A DNA stretch of 32,000 bases from Desulfocapsa sulfexigens DSM 10523 (GTDB lineage Bacteria; Desulfobacterota; Desulfobulbia; Desulfobulbales; Desulfocapsaceae): contig NC_020304.1 in assembly GCF_000341395.1 (NCBI RefSeq), positions 1,710,001-1,742,000 of the forward strand, read 5' to 3'. A program made the position numbers and the translations under genes. Of this stretch, positions 7,941 to 16,444 are shown piece after piece. Every line of letters starts with the position of its first letter. Position 1 is the stretch's first letter. The notes under the pieces were generated by a model. It made no database searches. It saw only the letters and a program-made list of their open reading frames with translations, and was not told where the DNA came from.

Positions 7941-8813
7941 ATGACATCACTACAAATCACACCGGAGTATTTACAGAAAAAATCATCTCCGTTCCAGTGG
8001 CAAAATCTTCTCATCCTAGTGCTGATAAGTGCTGTATATTCAACAAGCTGGTTGAACACCGAGATGAGTGTCGGTTCACTGATTGACGGTTGGAGTCACA
8101 TGCAGTCCTACATTGTCGGCAATCCTGATATAGAGGGATCCAGTTTTTTTCCACCCTCCTTTATCGTCTATGATATCAGGCTTTACCTCAAGGCCATGCT
8201 TGAGACCATAGAAATGGCAGTGGTAGCCCTCTTTATTTCCATTGCCGTCGGCTTTCCTCTGTCGCTTCTGGCCTCACGAAATATTTTGAAAATTCTTATC
8301 CCGGGAAGAGGTATCCTGGCCAGGGGGTTGCGGCGGATTCTTTACACCATCGCCATGTTGGTGGCCAATGTCTTCCGTTCTATTAACGAAATCGTCTGGG
8401 CCCTGCTCTTTGTGTCGGCCGTGGGACTGGGACCGATGGCTGGTATTCTGGCCCTTGGTGTCCATACCGCAGGCGTGCTCTGTAAACTCCTTGCCGAGGG
8501 AAATGAGGCCATTGATCCCGGGCCGGTTGAGGCACTGACTGCTACGGGAGCGAGTTTCCCGAAAATTATTGTCTATGCCGTACTACCGCAGACCATGCCT
8601 CATTTTATTTCCATGGTCCTCTATCGTTTTGAATCGGATGTGCGCAGTGCTTCCATTCTCGGGTTTGTTGGAGCCGGGGGCATAGGATTCTATCTCTTTG
8701 ATAAAGTACGTGCCTTTGAGAATGCGGATGTGACAACCATTATTATCATTATTGTGCTCACAGTGTGGTTGATCGATAAGCTCAGTGCCGGAATCAGGGC
8801 AAAATTTATTTGA
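7941..8813 (+). CDS. phnE: phosphonate ABC transporter permease PhnE
   Basis: 290-aa multi-pass membrane protein with an ABC-permease EAA-type loop EALTATGASFPKIIVYAVLPQ. Its operon position follows phnD. Confidence 0.85.
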   Translation: MTSLQITPEYLQKKSSPFQWQNLLILVLISAVYSTSWLNTEMSVGSLIDGWSHMQSYIVGNPDIEGSSFFPPSFIVYDIRLYLKAMLETIEMAVVALFISIAVGFPLSLLASRNILKILIPGRGILARGLRRILYTIAMLVANVFRSINEIVWALLFVSAVGLGPMAGILALGVHTAGVLCKLLAEGNEAIDPGPVEALTATGASFPKIIVYAVLPQTMPHFISMVLYRFESDVRSASILGFVGAGGIGFYLFDKVRAFENADVTTIIIIIVLTVWLIDKLSAGIRAKFI

Positions 8814-8825
8814 GGAGTCTGGAAA

Positions 8826-9239
8826 ATGGAGCGAGAGTCACTTCCCTTTTTGCTGCAGCAGGTTGGTTGCGATGAACTTTTTTCCCTGGTTCGGCTAATT
8901 GAAACCTGCAGCGATGTACAGGTCATTCAGCAGCCAAGCGCACAGACCATGATGCTGCCCATTGAGGATCCTGTCAGTCAGGGTTTGTTCTATGGCGGAG
9001 AACTTCTGGTCAGTAGCGCCATTGTCCGCGTCAACGGGGCTGAGGGCTGGGGCATGGTTCTGGATGAACAGCTGGAGCTTGCACTCCAGATTGCCATCCT
9101 GGACGGGGCCTGGACGGCTGGTGTTGAAATCAAGGCTATCAATGGTCTGGCAGAAAAAGGAAAAAAAATACATGAGCAGGCTATTGAACAGCAGGGCAGA
9201 CAGGTCGCCGCATCCAGGGTTTCTTTTGATTTGATGTGA
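8826..9239 (+). CDS. phnG: C-P lyase core complex subunit PhnG
   Basis: 137 aa. The C-terminal QVAASRVSFDLM resembles E. coli PhnG EVNASRVDFFTM. It is the first gene of the GHIJ block. Confidence 0.8.
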   Translation: MERESLPFLLQQVGCDELFSLVRLIETCSDVQVIQQPSAQTMMLPIEDPVSQGLFYGGELLVSSAIVRVNGAEGWGMVLDEQLELALQIAILDGAWTAGVEIKAINGLAEKGKKIHEQAIEQQGRQVAASRVSFDLM

Positions 9240-9255
9240 ATGGAGTAATTCAAGA

Positions 9256-9798
9256 ATGATTACAGAACAAAATGTTGAGCTGCTCAACCGGATCAATTTT
9301 CGTAGCTGCCTGAATGCCATGGCCAGGCCAGGTACCGTTTTCCCGATAGAACCTTTTTTCCATTCCGCCATGATGGCTCTTGCCTCCGTACTTCTCTATC
9401 CGGAAGTACGGTTTTTTCAGCAGGCGGATGGCGACTGGACGATGATCAAAGCAATGACCGGAACCACGGAAGTGAAGGAAAGCGAGGCGGATTATCTCTT
9501 CCTCGATCAACCGGATCCGGACATCTTGACTGCATCTCAACACGGTGACCAGCAGAACCCCGAGCGCAGTGCCACCCTTATCTGCAGCTGCGACAGCTTT
9601 GCAAACGGTAATCCGGTACTTCTCAGAGGACCTGGCATTCAGGGAAGCAGGAGAACGACCCTGCCGGTGCCTCCTGTTTTTTTAAAGCGGCTGGCACAAA
9701 AGAACAAAGACTTTCCCCTGGGGATTGATCTGTTTTTTCTTTCGCTGGACAACACTGTCTGCGCTCTTCCCCGCACGACTTCCGTGGAGTTGTTATGA
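9256..9798 (+). CDS. phnH: C-P lyase core complex subunit PhnH
   Basis: 180 aa. The N-terminal FRSCLNAMARPG matches the PhnH FRxLLxAMSxPG region. The stop overlaps the phnI start. Confidence 0.8.
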   Translation: MITEQNVELLNRINFRSCLNAMARPGTVFPIEPFFHSAMMALASVLLYPEVRFFQQADGDWTMIKAMTGTTEVKESEADYLFLDQPDPDILTASQHGDQQNPERSATLICSCDSFANGNPVLLRGPGIQGSRRTTLPVPPVFLKRLAQKNKDFPLGIDLFFLSLDNTVCALPRTTSVELL

Positions 9799-10847
9799 GC
9801 TATGTAGCTATTAAAGGCGGCAGTGAAGCGATTCGTTCTTCTAAAACTTTTTTCCGTGACATGATTCACCATGCAGAGGGAATTGGCGATAAAGAACTGC
9901 AGAAAGGGCTTATCTTTTCCTGTGACCGGATAATGGGTGAAGGTGGTTTGTACAGCGAAAAACTTGCCGCAGAGGCCATCCGGCGAACAGGAGGAGATCT
10001 GCTTGAGGCGGCCTTTTACATGCGGGCTCACCGATCCACCTGCAGACGGGTGGGAGACGCCGAAACACTGAACTGTGGGAGCATGCGGCTCCTTCGCCGT
10101 ATCTCTTCTGCGTTTAAAGATATTGAGGGTGGTCAGATTCTGGGCCCCTCCTGTGATTATGTTATTCGCCTTTTTCACGGCAATCTCCAGGAAGAGGAGG
10201 ATAATTCCCTCAAGGTAGACAGCATGACGGGGCCACTCCCCAGTGCGGTTGACAGCATGCGTCTCCGTGATCAGGTGATTGTGCTGCCCAACCATGAAGA
10301 TTCACCCCATGACGTCTCCCGCTCATTCCCTTTACCGCCTTACACCAGAAGCAGTCTGATGCAGGTCATGTCCAGGGGGGAGACCGGAGCCATGCTTGCC
10401 TTCGCCTATACTTCAATGCGCGGTTACGGAGATGTACACCCCACCATCGGGGATTTACGTATCGGCTATATTGAGGTGAAATTCACCCACCCCTTCACTG
10501 GAAAAAAAGTGAAGGTCGGAGAGATCCGGGTGACGGCCTGTGAATCCATCGGCTCCTTCAACCGGGATCCCGGTGACGGCAAGCTTCGTCTGAGCACAGG
10601 GTTTGGATTTTGCCTCGGTTTTAACGAGACAAAGGCAATCGCCATGTCAATCCTTGATATGGCCATGCATCACAAGGGGTATTCGGTGGGAGGGGTGGAC
10701 ATTGCCTCCAATCCGGAAATCATTATTCACCATGTGGACGGTATTGAGTCCATGGGCTTTACCAATCACTTTAAACTCCCGCACTACGTAACTTTTCAGG
10801 CCGATCTCCATGTACTGGAGAGGGCAAAGGAGATGACGGATGAATAA
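9795..10847 (+). CDS. phnI: C-P lyase subunit PhnI (nucleosidase forming ribose-1-methylphosphonate-5-triphosphate together with PhnG/H/L)
   Basis: 350 aa. The N-terminal MSYVAIKGGSEAI resembles E. coli MYVAVKGGEKAI. It overlaps both neighbouring genes. Confidence 0.9.
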   Translation: MSYVAIKGGSEAIRSSKTFFRDMIHHAEGIGDKELQKGLIFSCDRIMGEGGLYSEKLAAEAIRRTGGDLLEAAFYMRAHRSTCRRVGDAETLNCGSMRLLRRISSAFKDIEGGQILGPSCDYVIRLFHGNLQEEEDNSLKVDSMTGPLPSAVDSMRLRDQVIVLPNHEDSPHDVSRSFPLPPYTRSSLMQVMSRGETGAMLAFAYTSMRGYGDVHPTIGDLRIGYIEVKFTHPFTGKKVKVGEIRVTACESIGSFNRDPGDGKLRLSTGFGFCLGFNETKAIAMSILDMAMHHKGYSVGGVDIASNPEIIIHHVDGIESMGFTNHFKLPHYVTFQADLHVLERAKEMTDE

Positions 10848-11676
10848 GCAGACCTTTGCCTTTATGGATGAGGACGCAAAAAAAGAAATCAGGCGATCAC
10901 TGCTCAAGGCCGTTGCCCTGCCTGGATATACAGTTCCCTTTGCGTCTCGTGAAATGCCGGTGGCCAGAGGATGGGGGACAGGGGGGCTCCAGATAACCCT
11001 TTCAATTATTCTCGAACAGGATGTCCTCAAGGTGATTGATCAGGGCTGTGACGGTTCTGTGAATGCGGTGAACATGAGGGGTTTTATCACTTCGGTGACC
11101 GGGGTGGAGTCAGTAACCGAGACTTCACGGTCTACAATCATCCAGACCCGGCACCGGATACCAGAACAGGAACTGACAGAGGATCACATCCTGGTATTCC
11201 AGGTCCCATATCCCGAGGTACTTACCACCGTGGAGCCGGACACTGCACAACAGAAGAGGATGCATGGGGATGGAGATTATTCAAAACTGTGGGTTCTTCT
11301 CTACGAGGACACGTCACAGTTTGGCGACAGCCGGATCAGCAACCGCTATCCTGTACAGGTGGACGGTCACTATGTCATGGATCCCTCGCCCATTCCCAAA
11401 TATGATATTCCACGAATGGATAACAGTCCGGCACTGCAACTGTTCGGGGCAGGCCGGGAAAAGAGAATCTATGCCATTCCGCCCTATACTGAGGTGAAAC
11501 CACTGAAGTTTGATGATCGGGAGTTCAAGGTTGAAAGCTTCGGTAATATCTGCTGTGAGCGCTGTGGGGCATCGGGAGTCTTTTTTGATGAAGTCCGGAT
11601 TGGGAGTGACAAGCACTTCTTCTGCAGCGACACTGAATTCTGTGACGGGAACAGGGGGGAAGAACATGTTTCTTGA
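10840..11676 (+). CDS. phnJ: radical-SAM C-P lyase PhnJ
   Basis: FAFMDEDAKKEIRRSLLKAVALPGYTVPFASREMPVARGWGTGGLQIT closely parallels E. coli PhnJ, including the GWGTGG glycyl-radical glycine region. The C-terminal cysteine set is C-x2-C-x19-C-x5-C (CERCGAS...FFCSDTEFC). Confidence 0.92.
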   Translation: MNKQTFAFMDEDAKKEIRRSLLKAVALPGYTVPFASREMPVARGWGTGGLQITLSIILEQDVLKVIDQGCDGSVNAVNMRGFITSVTGVESVTETSRSTIIQTRHRIPEQELTEDHILVFQVPYPEVLTTVEPDTAQQKRMHGDGDYSKLWVLLYEDTSQFGDSRISNRYPVQVDGHYVMDPSPIPKYDIPRMDNSPALQLFGAGREKRIYAIPPYTEVKPLKFDDREFKVESFGNICCERCGASGVFFDEVRIGSDKHFFCSDTEFCDGNRGEEHVS

Positions 11677-12502
11677 TGTCCGTTCCTTAAGTAAAATTTA
11701 CGGCATCTCCTGTGGGCGCTGCCTTGAACTTACCGGTGCAAAACATAATAGGGCCATCTGTCCTGTCTGCAAGTCAGTTGTGGCTATCAATGGTGTTGAC
11801 CTCACGGTCGAAAAGAACGAAATCCTTGGTATCGTCGGTGAGTCTGGAAGTGGGAAATCCACTCTCCTGCAACTCATCTACCAGGATCTCGCTGCCACCG
11901 GCGGGGCAGTCTATTTTAACGGTCTGATGGATGACCATGGTGTCCCCTGTAACATCCTCAAGGCTCCTCCTTCGATGGTGTCTCGCCTGAGAAACAAAGA
12001 GATGTCCATGATTTACCAAAATCCCCGACTCGGTCTCAATTTCCTCTTTTCAGCAGGCGGCAATATTGCGGAAAGAATTATCGGCGGAGGCGAGCGGCGC
12101 TATGAAAAGATTCGCAGTGCTGCCCTTGGCTACATTGATCGTATTGAAATGGAAAGCAGTCGTATAGATGATTACCCGGAACAATTCTCAGGTGGTCAGC
12201 AGCAGAGGATTCAGATCGCCAAGGCTCTTTCTTCCTCCCCCAGTCTGCTTCTCCTTGATGAACCTACTACCGGGCTTGACGTTTCGGTACAGGCCAGAAT
12301 TCTTGATTTGATCAAGGAATTGCAGCAGGAAATGGGGTTTTCCATGATCATCGTGTCCCATGATCTGGGGGTTATCAACCACCTTACAGATATCACGATA
12401 GTCATGAAGCATGGAAGCTTGGTTGAATATGGACTTACCGACCAGGTTCTTGAAGATCCCCAGCATCCATATACCCAGTTGCTGGTTTCCAGCATTTTAT
12501 AA
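11666..12502 (+). CDS. phnK: C-P lyase accessory ABC-type ATPase PhnK
   Basis: I prefer the ATG at 11666 (GGGGGGA upstream, 11-nt overlap with phnJ) to the ORF-track start at 11510. Motifs: GIVGESGSGKSTL, FSGGQQQRIQIAKAL, LLLDEPTTGLDVSVQA, and C-terminal LEDPQHPYTQLLVSSIL matching E. coli LDDPHHPYTQLLVSSVL. Confidence 0.9.
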   Translation: MFLDVRSLSKIYGISCGRCLELTGAKHNRAICPVCKSVVAINGVDLTVEKNEILGIVGESGSGKSTLLQLIYQDLAATGGAVYFNGLMDDHGVPCNILKAPPSMVSRLRNKEMSMIYQNPRLGLNFLFSAGGNIAERIIGGGERRYEKIRSAALGYIDRIEMESSRIDDYPEQFSGGQQQRIQIAKALSSSPSLLLLDEPTTGLDVSVQARILDLIKELQQEMGFSMIIVSHDLGVINHLTDITIVMKHGSLVEYGLTDQVLEDPQHPYTQLLVSSIL

Positions 12503-12566
12503 CTTTCACCCAGGAAAACAGACGATGTACTCCACAGCACAGTTTGAACGGAGACAGGAAAAAGAC

Positions 12567-13292
12567 ATGACAAAACTTGAGCTCCGGAATATCAGCAAGA
12601 CTTTTACCCTCCATAACCGTGATGCCATCAAGGTTTCAGGGTTTTCTGAAGTCACTTTTTCGGTAAAGAGAGGTGAGTTGCTGGCTCTGATCGGCCCCAG
12701 CGGCGTTGGGAAATCCTCCATCCTCAAGGCCATATACCGTACGTACCTGACTGACTCAGGATCCATTTCTTTCCATCGGCGGGATGGCTCAGTGGTGGAT
12801 CTGGCAAGCTGTTCTGAAAGCAGGATACTGGATCTTCGTAAACGGGAGATCGGCTTTGTCACCCAGTTTCTGAAAGTTTTGCCACGTGTTACCGCCATAC
12901 AGGCGGTGGCCGCCCCCCTTATCGAACTGGGTGAAATGGAAAAGACGTCTCTGTTTCAGGCTGCACGTCTCCTTGAATTGCTCGGCATCCGTGAAGAACT
13001 TTTCCACATCTCGCCACTTACCTTTTCAGGTGGAGAGCAGCAGCGGGTCAACATCGCTCGGGGCGTCATTGCACCCAAAGAGCTTCTCCTCCTGGATGAA
13101 CCGACAGCGTCGCTCGATGACCAGAGTTCCAGTCGGGTTCTTGATCTCCTGCTGGATTTGAAAAGAAACGGTATTGCAATGATCGGAATTTTTCACGATA
13201 AAGCCAAGATTGGAAAAGTGGCGGACACTACCTATGAGATCACCAGGACGGCTCTCACCATGCCTAAGGCAATGCGGCAGGAGGCAGCTTGA
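12567..13292 (+). CDS. phnL: C-P lyase accessory ABC-type ATPase PhnL
   Basis: I prefer the ATG at 12567 (MTKLELRNISKTF, parallel to E. coli MINVQNVSKTF). An alternative ATG at 12525 exists, and the ORF-track start at 12411 overlaps phnK. Motifs: GPSGVGKSS, FSGGEQQRVNIARG, LLLDEPTASLD, GIFHD. Confidence 0.85.
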   Translation: MTKLELRNISKTFTLHNRDAIKVSGFSEVTFSVKRGELLALIGPSGVGKSSILKAIYRTYLTDSGSISFHRRDGSVVDLASCSESRILDLRKREIGFVTQFLKVLPRVTAIQAVAAPLIELGEMEKTSLFQAARLLELLGIREELFHISPLTFSGGEQQRVNIARGVIAPKELLLLDEPTASLDDQSSSRVLDLLLDLKRNGIAMIGIFHDKAKIGKVADTTYEITRTALTMPKAMRQEAA

Positions 13293-14446
13293 TGAACTCA
13301 GTTCTTCGTTCGAGCCGTGTTCTCACCGACGGATACATTCAACCAGCCGACGTCGTTATCAGGCATGGTTTCATTGAGAAGGTTGCTCCCTTCAAATCAC
13401 AGAAAAATGCCTATGACCTTGGACAAAGGCTCATTGTCCCAGGGTTTGTGGATCTTCACTCAGATGCCGTTGAAAAAGAGATCGAACCACGGCCGGGTGC
13501 ACACTTCCCCATCGCTTCAGCCCTTGTGGAATTGGATAAAAAACTTACAATGGCTGGTATAACCACCATGTTTCATGCCGTCGGTTTTAACGATGCGGCC
13601 ATCACGGGATATAGGGCCACAAAGATTGCCGCTCATGTGATAGAGGAGATCAATACAGCCAATCGTCATCTGCTCGGAGTTGATAATTTTGTCCATGCCC
13701 GCTTTGAGGTGACTTCTTTTGAATCGGTAGGGGTGATCAAAGAACTGATACACAACGAATCCGTTCACCTCCTTTCTGTTATGGATCATACACCTGGACA
13801 GGGTCAGTTCAAATCCATTGAAAACTGGAAGAAATTTCACCTCCCGGTCTACAAGCTGAGCGACAGCGATGCCGATGAGATTATCCGCCATAAGATACGG
13901 GGCCGCTCCAGGGCTTTTGCCGTGGTTGAAGAGCTGCTGCGCTACGGGGCGGAGCATGATCTGGTGCTTCTCTCCCATGACGATGACAGTCGCCACAAGA
14001 TTGATCTGCTCAAGGAATTTGGGGTCAGCATTTCCGAGTTTCCACTTGATGTTGATATTGCTGTCTATGCGAAGAAGAAAGGGATTGCGACGGGGATGGG
14101 GGCACCTAATGTGGTGCGCGGAGAGAGCCAGAGCGGCAATGTTTCAGCGAGAAAACTGATCGTGGAAAATGCCTGTGATTTTCTCTGCTCCGATTATCAT
14201 CCAAGCTCCATGCTCCAGGCCCCCTACACAGCTCACAGGGAGATTGGCCTTTCCCTCGAACGCTGTTTTGACATGGTTACCAGCACGCCTGCCCGCCTTG
14301 CGGGATTGAACGACCGCGGAGAGATTCGGGCCGGAAAGATTGCCGACCTGGTCGTCATAGAAGATGCCAATATCCCTAAAGTCATTCTAACCCTGAAAGA
14401 GGGCAGTCCCGTCTACAACGGGACTGCCTGTCTCTGCGGAGAGTAA
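13289..14446 (+). CDS. phnM: PhnM, alpha-D-ribose 1-methylphosphonate 5-triphosphate diphosphatase (amidohydrolase fold)
   Basis: 385 aa. LIVPGFVDLHSDAVEKEIEPRPG is a typical PhnM metal-ligand region, and SHDD and CSDYHP segments are present. The start overlaps the phnL stop (ATGA). Confidence 0.88.
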   Translation: MMNSVLRSSRVLTDGYIQPADVVIRHGFIEKVAPFKSQKNAYDLGQRLIVPGFVDLHSDAVEKEIEPRPGAHFPIASALVELDKKLTMAGITTMFHAVGFNDAAITGYRATKIAAHVIEEINTANRHLLGVDNFVHARFEVTSFESVGVIKELIHNESVHLLSVMDHTPGQGQFKSIENWKKFHLPVYKLSDSDADEIIRHKIRGRSRAFAVVEELLRYGAEHDLVLLSHDDDSRHKIDLLKEFGVSISEFPLDVDIAVYAKKKGIATGMGAPNVVRGESQSGNVSARKLIVENACDFLCSDYHPSSMLQAPYTAHREIGLSLERCFDMVTSTPARLAGLNDRGEIRAGKIADLVVIEDANIPKVILTLKEGSPVYNGTACLCGE

Positions 14447-14448
14447 CC

Positions 14449-15093
14449 ATGGTTTATATCAAGTCTCATAACCCCGATCCGGAAATCACCCTTGGCTCTT
14501 TCCCGCTTATTTCAGAGAAGGCAAGGGTACGGTCTGCGGAACTGGGGCGTTATACTGAACTGCGTGATCATGTCGAATTTGTTGAATCCAGCCTGGGAGA
14601 CTACTCCTACGTTATGGAGCGAAGCTCCATTGTCTACAGCACGATTGGTAAGTTCGTCAATATTGCTTCGGACGTGCGCATTAACCCCGGCAATCACCCG
14701 ATGCACTGGGTGAGTCAGCACCACATCATGTACAGAAGGAAACAGTATGGAGTTGCCGGCAGTGACGACGAATCTTTTTTTGCTGAACGGAGACTGCGAA
14801 AGGTGGTCATCGGCCATGATGTGTGGATTGGCCACGGCGCAACCATCATGCCCGGAGTGAGCATCGGTAATGGGGCTATTATCGGCGCGGGCTCCGTGGT
14901 GACCCACGATGTAGCTCCTTACACGATTGTCGCCGGTGTCCCTGAAAAAGAGATACGGAGCCGCTTTCGCAGCAGCACCAGGGATGCCATTGAAAGAACC
15001 TGCTGGTGGGATTGGGACCATGAGACCATCAGAGAGCGGATTGATGATTTTCGTGATGTGGACCGCTTTCTTGCTCTGTATGGCTCCAGGTAG
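14449..15093 (+). CDS. left-handed beta-helix (hexapeptide-repeat) acyltransferase, phn-operon-associated family
   Basis: Hexapeptide repeats VVIGHDVWIGHGATIMPGVSIGNGAIIGAGSVVTHDV. The C-terminal CWWDWDHETIRERIDDF tail is as I remember it for the phosphonate-linked hexapeptide transferase family (TIGR03308, from memory). It starts 2 nt after the phnM stop. Confidence 0.8.
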   Translation: MVYIKSHNPDPEITLGSFPLISEKARVRSAELGRYTELRDHVEFVESSLGDYSYVMERSSIVYSTIGKFVNIASDVRINPGNHPMHWVSQHHIMYRRKQYGVAGSDDESFFAERRLRKVVIGHDVWIGHGATIMPGVSIGNGAIIGAGSVVTHDVAPYTIVAGVPEKEIRSRFRSSTRDAIERTCWWDWDHETIRERIDDFRDVDRFLALYGSR

Positions 15094-15113
15094 CATACAG
15101 GACGCCCTTCACA

Positions 15114-15656
15114 ATGAAGATTCTTCTTGTTACCGGACCGAGTGGAGCAGGCAAGGACAGTCTGCTCCGTCTGGCCGGCCAGTATTTCAGGAAAGACAGT
15201 CGCCTCTGTCTGGTAAAGCGCTACATAACCAGGCAGCCTGACAGCAATGAACAGAATTATTTTGTGGACCATGCGGCATTTACCCTTCTCTGCAAGAACA
15301 ATTTCTTTATCTCCCATTGGAATGCCCATGGAAACTTCTACGGTATACCACGAACGGGACTTCCAGATAAAAAAGAGAATACGCTCGCCATTATTTCCAT
15401 TTCCAGGCAGAATGTAGGTGATTTCGAACGCTGCTTTGAGCGGGTAACCACTCTTGGGATAAAAGTAGACCCCGATATTCTCCGCAGGCGTTTACGGGCC
15501 AGAGGGCGTGAAGATGACAAAAGCATTGAAAAACGGCTGCAAAGAACGGCATCTCCGATAAAGGCCAGAAGGATGCTCCATTTTGACAACTCCGCGGAAC
15601 TGGCATGCAGTGGAAAACAGTTCCTTGATCTGCTTGATTCTCTTGCTGAGGAGTGA
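15114..15656 (+). CDS. phnN: ribose 1,5-bisphosphate phosphokinase PhnN
   Basis: 180 aa. The N-terminal P-loop LVTGPSGAGKDSLL parallels E. coli PhnN LMGPSGSGKDSLL, with a guanylate-kinase-like length. Confidence 0.8.
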   Translation: MKILLVTGPSGAGKDSLLRLAGQYFRKDSRLCLVKRYITRQPDSNEQNYFVDHAAFTLLCKNNFFISHWNAHGNFYGIPRTGLPDKKENTLAIISISRQNVGDFERCFERVTTLGIKVDPDILRRRLRARGREDDKSIEKRLQRTASPIKARRMLHFDNSAELACSGKQFLDLLDSLAEE

Positions 15657-16354
15657 CGGACAGTATGCGATTTGCAATCTACTATGCTCCTTCCGCTCAA
15701 TCCCGGCTGTTTAAAATCGGACATCGCTGGCTGAGTCAAAATGGTCTGGCGGGAAAAGGGATCGGGCACAATTCACTTACCGGTATTTCTGCAGCCAGGC
15801 TTGCGGAAATCATTGACTCTCCAAGGCACTATGGGCTGCATGGAACATTAAAGGCTCCCTTCAGGCTTGCAAAGCATCGTGATGAGGAAGAGCTGCACTC
15901 CTGTTTGAACAGCTTTACCCGTCAGCGCAAGCCCTTTGTAACACCTCCCCTTTGCCTTCGTCTGCTCAATGACTTTTTCTGCCTTTGTCCGGAGAGGAGA
16001 GCGTCGGAGATAGATAATCTCGCAGCCGAGTGTGTTCAAGTTTTCGATGAATTCAGGGCTCCCCTCAACCAGATTGAACTGGATCGTCGCGGAACAGGTG
16101 CGCTTACTGAGGATGAAAAACACAATCTCTTCACCTGGGGGTATCCCTACGTGATGGAGCAGTTCCGTTTTCATATCACTCTCACTGGCAGGATAGATGA
16201 TGAACACGAAAGGGAGCTGCTTCAGACCTGTCTTGGGGATTTTTTTGCACCGGTCATCGGTAAAGCTCTGACAGTGGACGGGATAAGTCTCTTTGTCGAG
16301 CCATCACCCGGTGAACCATTTTTCTGCAGCAGGCACTACCCGTTCAGTCTTTAA
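15653..16354 (+). CDS. DUF1045-type putative phosphonate-metabolism protein with two H-x-T motifs (2H phosphoesterase-like)
   Basis: GTG at 15653 overlaps the phnN TGA, and an alternative ATG lies at 15665. MRFAIYYAP is followed by LHGTLK (His codon at 15839-15841) and FHITLTG (His codon at 16172-16174), which is the tandem H-h-T/S-h signature of 2H phosphoesterases. It is the last gene of the phn operon. Confidence 0.7.
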   Translation: MTDSMRFAIYYAPSAQSRLFKIGHRWLSQNGLAGKGIGHNSLTGISAARLAEIIDSPRHYGLHGTLKAPFRLAKHRDEEELHSCLNSFTRQRKPFVTPPLCLRLLNDFFCLCPERRASEIDNLAAECVQVFDEFRAPLNQIELDRRGTGALTEDEKHNLFTWGYPYVMEQFRFHITLTGRIDDEHERELLQTCLGDFFAPVIGKALTVDGISLFVEPSPGEPFFCSRHYPFSL

Positions 16355-16378
16355 TCAAAAAATAATCCTATCCGAACA
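16352..16378. repeat. right copy of the bipartite direct repeat flanking the phn operon
   Basis: TAATCAAA (16352-16359, which includes the TAA stop of the last phn gene), a 3-nt spacer, then TAATCCTATCCGAACA (16363-16378). See the left copy at 5934-5971. Confidence 0.5.
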
Positions 16379-16444
16379 GAATTTTAACATGACGGGTCTA
16401 TCTTTAATTCAGGCTAAAGATGAATTTAGTAAAGGAGAGTCGTC

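Noticed and set aside
9639-10295. 218-aa minus-strand ORF inside phnH/phnI
   Set aside because: It is antisense to two genes with strong family matches and has no motifs or SD of its own. The same applies to other shadow ORFs antisense to well-supported genes: 2689-3300, 4000-4467, 8895-9371, 13517-13996, 14512-15096 (antisense of the hexapeptide repeats), 23401-23952 and 25544-26026.
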